From an uncultured Candidatus Rokubacteria bacterium (GTDB lineage Bacteria > Methylomirabilota > Methylomirabilia > Rokubacteriales > CSP1-6): DNA of 64,000 bases. Of this stretch, positions 10,571 through 20,897 are shown piece by piece; the stretch's first letter is position 1; every line of letters begins with the position of its first letter. The stretch is taken from NCBI GenBank assembly GCA_963827505.1, contig CAWHBD010000003.1, positions 1,544,252-1,608,251 of the forward strand, written 5' to 3'. Both the position numbers and the translations under genes were made by a program. The notes beneath the pieces were generated by a model. It was given only the letters and a program-made list of their open reading frames with translations. It searched no databases and was not told the DNA's origin.

Positions 10571-12185
10571 ATGCGTGAGCGAGCCGACCGCGTCGACTAT
10601 GCCCTGGCGGCGGCCCTCTCCCTCCTGACCGTCCTGTCGCGCCTGCCGTACCGGGCCCGGATGCTCTACAACTGGGACGCCGTGCAATTCGCTCTCGCGC
10701 TGCGCGAGTACGACGTGGTCAAGCACCAGCCGCATCCGCCCGGCTATATCCTGTACGTGGCTCTGGGCCGCCTGGTGCACGGCTGGACTGGTGACGCGGC
10801 CGCGGCCTACGTCCTGCTGGCCATGGCGTTCAGCGGCGCCGGCACGTTCGTCGTCTACCTGCTGGCCCGCGCCGTGTACGACCGTCCGACGGCGCTGACA
10901 GCGGCCGCGCTGCTGGCCGTCAGCCCGCTATTCTGGTTCTACGGCTGCGTCGGGCTCAGCTATGCCGGCGAGGCGCTGATGCGCCTCGGTCGTCGCGTAC
11001 TTCGCGTTCCGTGCATTGCGCGGCAGCGAGACCGATGCCTGGCTCGCCGCCGGGTACCTGGGGCTGGCCGGCGGCCTCCGGCAGTCACTCCTGCTGCTGC
11101 TGTTCCCGCTGTGGCTCATCTCGGTGATGGTCGGCGTGCGCCGCGCCCGGGTGCTCGTCATCTCGGGCGCGGTCCTGATCCTCGCCGTCCTCGCCTGGTT
11201 CGTGCCGATGATCTGGCTCACCGGCGGGCTCGAGCGCTATCTCGACGCCTCCCGCCACCTGGCCGATACGGTCGTGAAGCCGACCTCGATCCTGGGCGGT
11301 CCGCTCGAGGTCACGCTGCGGATGTCGCGCTACCTGCTGGAATCTGTGCTGGTGGCGCTCGGCCCGCTCGCCGTCGTCGTCCTCCTGGTGCCGTGGTACG
11401 TGCGCCGGCACGGCTGGGGTCAGCGCGAGTGGTTCCTGCTCGCGTGGATGGTGCCGCCGGTACTCGTCTACACGCTCGTGCACTTCGGGCAGGCGGGCTA
11501 CGTGCTGACGTTCCTGCCCGCGCTCGTGATCCTGCTCTCGCGCGTGCTGCTGGCTGCCCTGGCCCGGGTCGCCGAGCGCGTGCCCCGCGTGTGGGTCCGC
11601 GGGGCCCTGGCCGCCACCGCCGTGATGCTGATCGTGCTGGCCAACGGCGGCTTCTTCGTGAGCGCGCGCCCGCTCGCCCGCGACTTCGACACGCGCCAGC
11701 CGGCCTGGTTGCTGGCGCGCCCGCGACGAGGCGTTCGACTGGATCTTCAGCCGCACGGCGGCCGCCCTGCGCGAGCACGAGGAGGTGATGCGCACGTTCG
11801 TGGCAGCGATCCGCGGCCTCTACCCGCCCGAGGACACCGCGATCCTCACCGAGCTCGGCAACGCGCGCTCGTACCCGTGGCTCCGTCACGCGATGTTCTA
11901 TCTGCCGGAGTACGTCGATCTACGAGCTGCGGGTCGGCGACGTCTCACCCGGCTACTACGCACCACGCCTGGCCTCGGCGATGATCCCGCTGGTCGACAG
12001 CGACGTCGAGGTGCCGGCCGGCGTCAAGCGCCTGGTGTGGTTCGTCGACCACTGGAGTCCGGCCACCGAGCGGCCGCCCGGCCTGCTGGAGATCGAGATC
12101 CCGCACGGCCGCTACCTCTACGTGCTGCCCCTGGGCCGCAAGCCGATCGAGCTACGCCGGCTACACGCTCGTCGGGGCGCGCTGA
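10571..12185 (+). CDS. Polytopic membrane protein, GT-C/PMT-like (DUF2723-like) glycosyltransferase; frameshifted
   Basis: NWDAVQFAL...HQPHPPGY motif; many TM helices followed by a soluble C-terminal region. Confidence 0.65.
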
Positions 12186-12192
12186 CCTCGGA

Positions 12193-13659
12193 GTGCTCCG
12201 CCGCGACGACGTTCTGGTCGTTCTCTCCGCCGTCCTCCCCCTGGCGATGCTCGTGTTGGCCGAGCGCGTGGTGGCCGGCGTTGCCGGGTTTCCGCTGGAC
12301 GACTCGTGGATCCACCTGCATTTCGCTCGCAATCTGGCCGAGGGCACCGGGTTCGCGTACAACCCTGGCCGGCCGATCGCAGGCTCGACGGCGCCGCTGT
12401 GGACGCTGCTGCTGGCCGCCGGCGCCACCGGCGTCGGCGCCTCGGTCGGCCTGGCTAAGGCCCTCGGCGTCATCTGTGCGCTCGGTGCCGCGGTGCTCAC
12501 CCGGCGCGCGGCGCTGGCGTGGGGCGCGCCCCCCGCCGTCGCGGTGGTGGCCGGCGTCGCCCTGCTCTGGGCCGGGCCGATCGCGTGGGGGGCTCTCTCG
12601 GGGATGGAGGTCACCCTCGCCGCCCTGCTGGTGGCCGCCGCGCTCGTCGCCCACGCGGCGGATCGTCCCTGGCTCACGGCGATGCTGGCCGGCCTGGCGA
12701 TCACGGCTCGACCCGAGGCCGCGCTGCTCGTCCCGTTCCTCGCCCTCGCGGGGCCGTTGACCGCCCGGCGTCTGGCCGCGTTCGTCCTGGTGCCGGCCAT
12801 CATCGCGGCCCCCATGGTGGCCTTTTCCTATGCGACGGTCGGCGCGCCGTACCCGGCGACGGCCGTGGCCAAGGTGGAGGGCGGGCTCATCGGCTGGCTC
12901 ACCGGCCTGCGCGAGCCACTGGCCATCACGCTGGCCCAGCGGCCCGGGGCCTTCCTCATCGAGTGGGCGCAGTGGCTGTGGCGTACCCACTTCCTGCTCC
13001 CGCTAGGGCTGCTGCCCGCCATCGTGCTGGCGTGGCGGCGCCGCGGTCACGCGCTCGGGGTCGTTGCCCTGGCCCTGCTGGCCCATCCCGTGGGCATGGC
13101 GCTCCTGGCTCCGTACCGCGGCCCCGGCTTCCAGGAAGGGCGCTACTCGATTCACCTGCTGCCGCTGGCGATTGTCGTCATGGCGGTAGGCATAGGCGCC
13201 ACCCTGCAGGGGCGCCGGCGCCCGCTCCTGCTGGCCTGGCTGGCGCTGGCGCTGTGGTCGCTGGTCCCCACCGCCGAGCGCTACGCCTGGGGCGTGCAGA
13301 ACATCGAGGCCATGCAGGTACGGCTGGGGTACTGGGTGGCCGCCAACACGCCCCCCGGGGCGCGACTCGCCGTCAACGACATCGGCGCTATCGCCTATCT
13401 GTCGCGGCGACCGATCGTGGACCTCATGGGGCTGGTGACGCCCGAGATCCTGCCCTACCGACGGCAGGGGGAGGACGGGGTGATCCGCTTCGTGGCGCAG
13501 GTCTGCCCAGACTACGTGATCGTCTTCCCGACCTGGTTCCCGCGTCTGACCGCGCGTGCCGATCTCCTGGAGCCGGTCGAATGGGTCAAGCTCGACCGCG
13601 TGGAGGTCTCCGGTGGCCCCGAGATGGTCGTCTATCGGTTGCGGCGGTGTGGGGTATGA
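12193..13659 (+). CDS. Polytopic membrane protein, GT-C superfamily (ArnT/AftD-like) glycosyltransferase
   Basis: DDSWIHLHFARNLAEG, GSTAPLW, SGME, RPEA and DIGAIAYLS..DLMGL motifs. Confidence 0.7.
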   Translation: MLRRDDVLVVLSAVLPLAMLVLAERVVAGVAGFPLDDSWIHLHFARNLAEGTGFAYNPGRPIAGSTAPLWTLLLAAGATGVGASVGLAKALGVICALGAAVLTRRAALAWGAPPAVAVVAGVALLWAGPIAWGALSGMEVTLAALLVAAALVAHAADRPWLTAMLAGLAITARPEAALLVPFLALAGPLTARRLAAFVLVPAIIAAPMVAFSYATVGAPYPATAVAKVEGGLIGWLTGLREPLAITLAQRPGAFLIEWAQWLWRTHFLLPLGLLPAIVLAWRRRGHALGVVALALLAHPVGMALLAPYRGPGFQEGRYSIHLLPLAIVVMAVGIGATLQGRRRPLLLAWLALALWSLVPTAERYAWGVQNIEAMQVRLGYWVAANTPPGARLAVNDIGAIAYLSRRPIVDLMGLVTPEILPYRRQGEDGVIRFVAQVCPDYVIVFPTWFPRLTARADLLEPVEWVKLDRVEVSGGPEMVVYRLRRCGV

Positions 13660-13665
13660 TCGGAT

Positions 13666-14280
13666 ATGCGCCGGGTCGCGGTGGTCGCTCTCTCGTTGAG
13701 CCTGCTGATCATGGCGCTCCCGGGTCCGGCACCCGCCCAGGTCTATCGCTACACCGACGAGTCGGGCCAGAACCATTACGTGGACGGGCTCGAGAAGGTC
13801 CCCGGCCGCCATCGTGCCTCGGCGGTCCCCCTGTCCATGCGCAACACGCCGACCTCGACGGCTCCACCGGCCGCGGCCGGCACCGTTCGCCCGGCCGGCA
13901 CCGCGGTCATCAAGTACACGCCGGGGCAGCGCATCATGGTGGACGTGAAGATCAACGGAGGCTTCACCGCACGGCTGTTGCTGGACACCGGTGCGGATCG
14001 CACGATGATCAGCCCCCGGACGCTGGTGGCGGCCGGGGTGCCGGTCACCCGGCCGGTCGCGACGGGCACGATCACCGGCGCCACCGGGACAGACCGGATC
14101 AACTACGTCGTCGTCGAGTCCCTCGAGGTGGGTGAGGCCCGGGTCGGCCGCATGCCGGTCGGCTCCTACGAACTGGCGGGGACGGAGACCGGCGACGGCC
14201 TGCTGGGCCGCGACTTTCTCGACCAGTTCAAGATCACCTTCGACGCCGGCAACGGCGAGGTGCACCTGGCCCCGAAGTAA
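13666..14280 (+). CDS. Secreted retropepsin-like aspartyl protease with N-terminal DUF4124-like segment
   Basis: Signal peptide; QVYRYTDESGQNHY; LLDTGA catalytic motif; GLLGRDFL. Confidence 0.85.
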   Translation: MRRVAVVALSLSLLIMALPGPAPAQVYRYTDESGQNHYVDGLEKVPGRHRASAVPLSMRNTPTSTAPPAAAGTVRPAGTAVIKYTPGQRIMVDVKINGGFTARLLLDTGADRTMISPRTLVAAGVPVTRPVATGTITGATGTDRINYVVVESLEVGEARVGRMPVGSYELAGTETGDGLLGRDFLDQFKITFDAGNGEVHLAPK

Positions 14281-14320
14281 GCCGCTCCGGACCCGTGTGG
14301 TACCATGACGCTTCCTGGTC

Positions 14321-17125
14321 ATGGACTACAAAGCCACGCTGAACCTGCCGAAAACCGACTTTCCCATGAAGGCCAACCTCACCGCGGCGGAGCCGCGGAT
14401 GCTGGCCTGGTGGGAGGAGATCGGCATCTATCAGCGGCTGCGCCAGGCGGCGGCCGACCGTCCACTGTGGATCCTGCACGACGGGCCGCCCTACGCCAAC
14501 GGGCACATCCACCTGGGGCACGTGCTGAACAAGGTCCTCAAGGACGTGATCGTGAAGTCGCGCTCGATGGCCGGCTACAACGCGGTCTACGTCCCCGGCT
14601 GGGACTGCCACGGGCTGCCGATCGAGCACCAGGTCGACAAGAGCTCGGCCTGGACCAGCCGGGGGTGGACGTGCGGCTGGCGATGGATCCGATCGAGAAG
14701 ATCCGGCGCTGTCGCGAGTACGCGCTGAAGTTCATCGACATCCAGCGCGAGGAATTCAAGCGGCTCGGCGTCTTCGGCGACTGGGACCATCCGTACATGA
14801 CGATGGCCCCTGCCTACGAGGGGGTCATCGTGCGCGAGTTCGGGCGCTTGGTCGGCCGCGGGCTCGTGTACAAGGGCCTCAAGCCGGTGCACTGGTGCAT
14901 GCACTGCAAGACCGCTCTGGCCCAGGCCGAGGTCGAGTACGAGGACGAGCGGGCGCCGTCGGTCTACGTTCGCTTCCCGCTGGTGGGTCCGCTGCCGGGG
15001 TTGCCGGAGGCGCCGAAGCCCTCGCTGGCGATCTGGACCACCACGCCATGGACGCTCCCGGCCAACCTCGCCATCGCGGTGCATCCCGAGGAGGACTACG
15101 TCGCCCTCGAGGGTCGGGGCGAGACACTGATCGTCGCCGCCAAGCTCGCCGACACCTTCGCCGCGCTGGCCGGTCTGGAGCGGCCGCGCCGGCTGGCCAC
15201 TCTGCCCGGTCACGCGCTGGCCGGTCTCGAGTTCCGCCATGCCTGGCTCGACCGTACCGGCAAGGTCGCGGCGGCGCCGTTCGTGGCGATGGACACCGGC
15301 ACCGGCCTCGTGCACATCGCCCCCGGCCACGGCGAAGAGGACTACGATCTGGGCCGGACGCTGGGGCTGCGCATCTACAACCCGGTGGACGACGACGGGC
15401 GCTTCATCCCCGAGGTCGAACACTTTGCCGGGCTGACCGTGTGGGAGGCCAATCCCAAGATCATCGCGCACCTGGCCGAGCGCGGCGCACTGATCGCCCA
15501 GGTGCCGTTCGCGCACACCTATCCGCACTGCTGGCGGTGCAAGAACCCCACACTGTTCCGGGCGACCGAGCAGTGGTTCGCCGCGCTCGACAAGCAGGCG
15601 CTCCGCGAGCGCACGCTCAACGCCATCCGTCACGGCGTGCACTGGATCCCGCCGTGGGGCGAGGACCGCATCTACAACATGGTCGCCCACCGCCCCGACT
15701 GGACGCTGTCGCGCCAGCGCGTGTGGGGCGTGCCCATCGTCGCCTTCACCTGCGAGGGGTGCGGTGGGCTGCTGCTCGACGAGATGGTGATCGAGCACGT
15801 CGCCCGGCTCTTCGGCGAGGGGCGCGGCATCGAGGAGTGGTACCTGCGGAGCGAGGCCGAGCTGATGCCGGCCGGTACTCGCTGTCCGAGTTGCGGAGCG
15901 ACCGACCGCTTCCGCAAGGAGACCGACATCCTCGACGTGTGGTTCGACTCCGGGTGCAGCCACGCCGCTGTGCTGGAGACGCGGCCCGACCTGCGGCGGC
16001 CGGCCGAGATGTACATCGAGGGCTCGGACCAGCATCGCGGCTGGTTTCACTCCTCGCTGCTGGAGTCGATGGCCACGCGCGGGGAGCCACCCTATCGGAC
16101 CGTGCTCACCCACGGCTTCTTCGTGGACGGCGAGGGACGGAAGATGTCGAAGTCCGTCGGCAACGTGATCTCCCTCGACGACCTGCTGCCGAAATACGGC
16201 GCCGAGATCCTGCGGCTGTGGGTCGCCGCCGAGGACTACACCGAGGACATCCGGGTCTCTTTCGAGATCCTCGACCGGCTGGCTGACGCCTACCGCCGGA
16301 TCCGGAACACGTTCCGGTTCCTGCTCGGCAACCTGGCCGACTTCGACCTCCAGCGCGACCGCCAGCCCTACGAGTCGCTGGACGAGGTGGATCGGTTCAT
16401 CCTCGACCGGCTGGCCCGGCTGGTCGATCGCGTCACCCGGGCCTACGAGGAATACCAGTTCCACACGGCGTTCCACACCGTCCACAACTTCTGCGCGGTG
16501 GATCTGTCGGCGCTCTATCTCGATGTCATCAAGGACCGGCTCTACACGTCGGCCGCGGCCGACCCCCGGCGGCGCGCCGCCCAGACGGTGTGCCACGAGG
16601 TCTTCGCCGCTCTGGCCCGCCTGATGGCTCCGCTGATGACGTTCACCGCCGAAGAGGCGTGGCGATACCTGCCCGGCGCCCGCGCGGAGAGCGTGCACCT
16701 GGAGCGATTCCCCGAGGTGCCGCTCGCGTGGCTCGACGACACGCCTCAAGCGCGACTGGGACCGCCTGCTCGAGGTCCGGCGCGAGGTGGCCCGCGCGCT
16801 GGAGCTGGCCCGCGCGCGCAAGCTCATCGGCAGCGGCCTCGAGGCCGCCGTGCGCATCACGAGCGCCCCCGAGGATCTGCCGGCCCTGCTGGGGGCCAAG
16901 CGGAAGCTGCTGCAGACGCTCTTCATCGTGTCTCGGGTCGAGCTGGGCCCGGGCCCGCAGGGGGCGGTGCACTACGAGAGCCAGGAGATCCCCGGCCTCG
17001 TCATCGACGTCGACCGTGCCCCCGGCGACAAGTGCGAGCGGTGCTGGATGCGTAGCCCTGCCGTGGGGGCGAGCCAGGCGCATCCCGGCCTGTGCGATCG
17101 CTGCGTGGCCGTCGTCGGCGCGTGA
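14321..17125 (+). CDS. ileS: Isoleucine--tRNA ligase (two apparent frameshifts)
   Basis: [30 protein letters not shown] and KMSKS; C-terminal zinc finger CERCW...CDRC. Confidence 0.97.
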
Positions 17126-17601
17126 CCGTCGTGCTGCTGCTGGCCGGCGCCATCGTGGTGTTCGACCAGGTCACCAAGCTCGCCGCCCTCGACCGCCTTC
17201 AGCTCGGCGTGCCGATCAGCGTGATCGATGGATGGCTCTCGCTCACGCTCGTCCTCAACCCCGGGCTGGCCTTCGGCCTGCTCGGCGGCGTGCCCGCGAA
17301 GTGGCGATGGCTGGTGGCGGCGCTCTCGCTCGTGGCCCTCGCCGTGCTGGCCCGGGTCGCGCTCCGGGTGCTTCCCGACGGAGGCTGGCCGGGACGGCTG
17401 GCAATCGGGCTGATCTTCGGAGGCGCCGTCGGCAACCTCATCGACCGCGCGCGGTTCGGCGCCGTCGTGGACTTCGTCGACGTGCACTGGCGGGGGTGGC
17501 ACTGGCCCGCCTTCAACGTCGCCGACTCGGCGATCACCATCGGCGTCGTGCTGCTGGCGCTGCGCCTCATGAGCGAGCGCTCGACGCCCCGATCCGGCTG
17601 A
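17122..17601 (+). CDS. lspA: Lipoprotein signal peptidase II
   Basis: DQVTK, NPGLAFG, GNLIDR, VVDF and FNVADSAI; follows ileS. Confidence 0.95.
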   Translation: MTVVLLLAGAIVVFDQVTKLAALDRLQLGVPISVIDGWLSLTLVLNPGLAFGLLGGVPAKWRWLVAALSLVALAVLARVALRVLPDGGWPGRLAIGLIFGGAVGNLIDRARFGAVVDFVDVHWRGWHWPAFNVADSAITIGVVLLALRLMSERSTPRSG

Positions 17602-17605
17602 CCCC

Positions 17606-18535
17606 ATGCAACGCCTGTCGCTGGTGGTCGCCGCGGCCGCCGCCGGCGAGCGTCTGGACCGCTGGCTGGCCGCGCACGTCCCCGGCCTCTCCCGCGCGCG
17701 CCTGCAGGCGCTGATCGCCGGCGACCACGTCCGCGTGAACGGCGCCTCCCGGAAGCCGTCGCACCACGTGGTGGCCGGTGAGTGTGTCGAGGTCGAGATC
17801 CCGCCGTTGCCGCCCGAGGAGCTCGAGCCGGAGTCCATCGCGCTCAGCGTGATCCACGAGGACGAGCACGTCCTGGTGCTCGACAAGCCGGCCGGCATCG
17901 TCGTGCATCCCGGCGCCGGCAACGCGCGGGGCACGCTGGCCGCCGCCGTCCTGGCTCACGCGCCCGCCGTCGCCGGCGTGGGCGGCCCGCGCCGGCCCGG
18001 GGTCGTGCACCGCCTCGACAAGGACACCTCGGGGCTCCTCGTGATGGCCAAGACGGCGGCGGCCTACGACTCGCTGACCGCCCAGCTGGGAGCCCGCACG
18101 GTGCGGCGCGTGTACCTGGCCGTCACCCATGGGAGGCTGGCCCCGGCCGAGGGGATTGTCGACAAGCCGATCGGACGGGACCCCCACGACCGCACGCGCA
18201 TGGCCGTCCGGCGGCTGGGGCAGGGGCGGCGGGCCGTCACCCACTACCGCGTCCTCGAGCGCTTCACCGAGTTCACCTTTCTGGAGGTCCGGCTGCAGAC
18301 CGGCCGCACTCACCAGATCCGCGTGCACCTGGCTGACCTGGGTTACCCGATCGCGGGTGACCCGACCTACGGCGGCCGGCGACGACGCGAGCTGCCGGTC
18401 GCGATCGACGGCTTCGCCCTCCACGCGACCGCCTTGGCCTTCATCCACCCCGCAACGGGGCAGCCCGTCGAGTTCGCCTCGGCCTTACCACCGCGCCTCG
18501 AGCGGCTGCTGTCTCACTTGCGCCACTCGCCGTAA
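17606..18535 (+). CDS. rluD: RluA/RluD family pseudouridine synthase
   Basis: S4 domain (ERLDRWL); HRLDKDTSG catalytic motif; TGRTHQIRVH. Confidence 0.9.
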   Translation: MQRLSLVVAAAAAGERLDRWLAAHVPGLSRARLQALIAGDHVRVNGASRKPSHHVVAGECVEVEIPPLPPEELEPESIALSVIHEDEHVLVLDKPAGIVVHPGAGNARGTLAAAVLAHAPAVAGVGGPRRPGVVHRLDKDTSGLLVMAKTAAAYDSLTAQLGARTVRRVYLAVTHGRLAPAEGIVDKPIGRDPHDRTRMAVRRLGQGRRAVTHYRVLERFTEFTFLEVRLQTGRTHQIRVHLADLGYPIAGDPTYGGRRRRELPVAIDGFALHATALAFIHPATGQPVEFASALPPRLERLLSHLRHSP

Positions 18536-18599
18536 CTGGAAGTGGCACCGAACGTCCACACCCTGTTGTGGAAGTCCGCATCGTTGTGTACGCGGTATG

Positions 18600-18614
18600 T
18601 GGCACAGGGCTTGC
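18600..18614 (+). promoter_or_regulatory. Sigma54 (-24/-12) promoter upstream of glmU-glmS1
   Basis: TGGCAC-AGGGC-TTGC is an exact match to TGGCAC-N5-TTGC, 30 nt before the ATG. Confidence 0.7.
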
Positions 18615-18644
18615 CGTCCCCGATGCTAGTATGAAGACCTCCGC

Positions 18645-20891
18645 ATGAATGGGTTGACCACGGTCATCCTGGCGGCCGGCGAGGGCAAGCGGATGCGCTC
18701 ACGGACGCCGAAGGTGCTGCATCCGCTGTGCGGCCGCCCCCTCATCGGGTACGCCCTCCGGCTGGCCCGGACGCTCGCTGACCGGGTCGTGCTGGTGGTG
18801 GGCCCCAACGCCGACGGCGTCCGCGCGCTGGCGGGCGACGGCGTGACGATCGTCGAGCAGCGCGAGCGCCTCGGCACCGGCCACGCCGTGCTGCAGGCCC
18901 GGGCCGCCTGCCCGAGCACCGGTCCCGTGCTGGTGCTGGCCGGCGACATGCCCCTTCTTCTGCTGTCCACCCTGGAGCGGCTCGTCGAGCACCAGCGCAC
19001 GACGGCGGCGGCGGCCACCGTTCTCACCGCGGTCGTCGCGCGCCCCTACGGCTACGGGCGCGTGCTGCGCGTAGCCGGGCGCGTGAGCCGCATCGTGGAG
19101 GAGCGCGACGCCACCGACGACCAGAAGAGGGTCGACGAGATCAACACCAGCGTCTACTGCTTCGACGCCCGCCGGCTGTGGCCCGCCCTCGGGGAGATCA
19201 AGCCCAACAACGACCAGGGCGAGCTCTACCTGACCGACGTGGTGGAGCTCCTGGCCCGGGCCGGGGCCAAGGTCGAGGCGGTGTCCGTCAGCGACCCGGC
19301 CGAGGCGCTCGGCATCAACGACCGCCGGCAGCTCGCCGAGCTGGCGGCCATCCAGCGCCGTCGCATCCTCGACCGGCTCATGGTCGAGGGTGTCACCGTG
19401 ATCGATCCGGCCGCGACCTACGTCGACGTCGACGTCGAGGTCGGCGAGGACACCGTGCTCCACCCGGGAACGACGCTGCAGGGCAGCGTGCGCATCGGCG
19501 AACGATGCACCGTGATGCCGGGCAGCCGCATCCGCGACTCGGTGCTCGGTGACGAGGTCACCGTCCTCGACGGCGCGGTGATCGTCGACAGCCGTGTGGC
19601 CCCCGGCCAGACGGTCGGGGCCCACGCGCGGCTCGACGGGCGGGAGACGGACGCCGCCGCGCGCGTCGAAGTGGGCGGAGCTGTCGACCCGCGCGTGCGT
19701 GCGCTGCTGGAGGGCGGCGCCTGCATCCCCCGGCCCGAGGCGGTGCTCATCGGCCCTGAGGTCAGGCTCGAACGCGTCGTGGCCCGTGGCCTTGTCCTGC
19801 ACCCCGGCACCAAGATCGTGGGCGAGCGTACGCTCATCCTCGAGGGCGCCGAGGTGGGCTACGAGGAGCCGGCCACGCTGGAGAACGCGGTGCTCGGTCG
19901 TCGCGTGAAGATCCAGGGCGGCTTCGTGAAGGACTCGGTGCTGTTGGACGGATGCGAGGTCCGCCAGGGCTTCCACGGCCGCGAGGGCTGCCTGCTCGAG
20001 GAGGACAGCTACTTCGCCCACAACGTCGGACTGAAGATGACGATCGTCTTCCCGTTCGTCGTGCTGGGCAGCCTGATCAACTTCTGCGACTGCCTGCTGG
20101 CCGGGGGGACGAGCCGCAAGCACCACAGCGAGGTGGGCAGCGGCTTCATTCACTTCAACTTCAGCCCGCGCGGTGACAAGGCGACGCCGTCGATGTTCGG
20201 GGACGTCGCCCGCGGGGTCATGCTCGACCAGGCGCCCATCTTTCTCGGGGGCCTCGCCGGAGTGGTAGGTCCGACCCGGATCGGCTACGGCTCCGTGCTC
20301 GTCGCTGGCGGGGTGTACCGCGCCGACTACGACGAGGACCTGCTCGTGCTCGGCGAGCGTCGCCGTGACGGCAGCACCGCCTACCGGCCCCGCGCCCTCG
20401 GCGCCATCCGCGCCAAAGTGAGCAAGAACGTCTTCTACCTCGCCGAGCTGGCCGGGCTATGGGCGTGGTATCGGCACGCTCGGCCGCGGATCGCGGGCCC
20501 CGACCCGCTGGCCCAGGCGGTGATGGCCGCCGGGCTATCGATGGTCGAGGCGAACATCGACGAGCGTCTGAAGCAGATGGACCGGTTCCGCGACCTCGTG
20601 CGGGAGTGCCTGCCCGAGGCGGCCGGCGCGACGCCGCTGGCCGGCGAGTGGCGCGCGTTCGTCGACGGCTGGGACGCCGTCCGTCCGATCCTCAAGGACT
20701 ACCGCGCGACCGAGGGGCGGGTGGAGGCGCGGGAGGCCTTCTGCGCGCGGCTGGCCGCCGGTCCGTCGTACACGGCGGCGATCCAGACGCTGAGCCCGGA
20801 CGACCGCCGCACCGGCACCGCCTGGCTCACCTCGATCCGATCGGACCTGATGGACCGCTGCCAGGCCGCGCTACCGCTCATCACGACCTAG
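18645..20891 (+). CDS. glmU: GlmU-like fusion: N-acetylglucosamine-1-P uridyltransferase, partial LbH, second divergent hexapeptide-repeat domain and helical tail
   Basis: ILAAGEGKRM, PKVLH, LGTGHAV, YGR, EINT and ELYLTD; canonical similarity stops after VGAHARL; 748 aa uninterrupted ORF directly upstream of glmS. Confidence 0.85.
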   Translation: MNGLTTVILAAGEGKRMRSRTPKVLHPLCGRPLIGYALRLARTLADRVVLVVGPNADGVRALAGDGVTIVEQRERLGTGHAVLQARAACPSTGPVLVLAGDMPLLLLSTLERLVEHQRTTAAAATVLTAVVARPYGYGRVLRVAGRVSRIVEERDATDDQKRVDEINTSVYCFDARRLWPALGEIKPNNDQGELYLTDVVELLARAGAKVEAVSVSDPAEALGINDRRQLAELAAIQRRRILDRLMVEGVTVIDPAATYVDVDVEVGEDTVLHPGTTLQGSVRIGERCTVMPGSRIRDSVLGDEVTVLDGAVIVDSRVAPGQTVGAHARLDGRETDAAARVEVGGAVDPRVRALLEGGACIPRPEAVLIGPEVRLERVVARGLVLHPGTKIVGERTLILEGAEVGYEEPATLENAVLGRRVKIQGGFVKDSVLLDGCEVRQGFHGREGCLLEEDSYFAHNVGLKMTIVFPFVVLGSLINFCDCLLAGGTSRKHHSEVGSGFIHFNFSPRGDKATPSMFGDVARGVMLDQAPIFLGGLAGVVGPTRIGYGSVLVAGGVYRADYDEDLLVLGERRRDGSTAYRPRALGAIRAKVSKNVFYLAELAGLWAWYRHARPRIAGPDPLAQAVMAAGLSMVEANIDERLKQMDRFRDLVRECLPEAAGATPLAGEWRAFVDGWDAVRPILKDYRATEGRVEAREAFCARLAAGPSYTAAIQTLSPDDRRTGTAWLTSIRSDLMDRCQAALPLITT

Positions 20892-20897
20892 GATCAA

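Noticed and set aside
18553-18574. DnaA boxes or replication origin (TCCACA/TGTGGA)
   Set aside because: Only partial matches to TTATCCACA, no box cluster, no AT-rich unwinding element and no dnaA nearby
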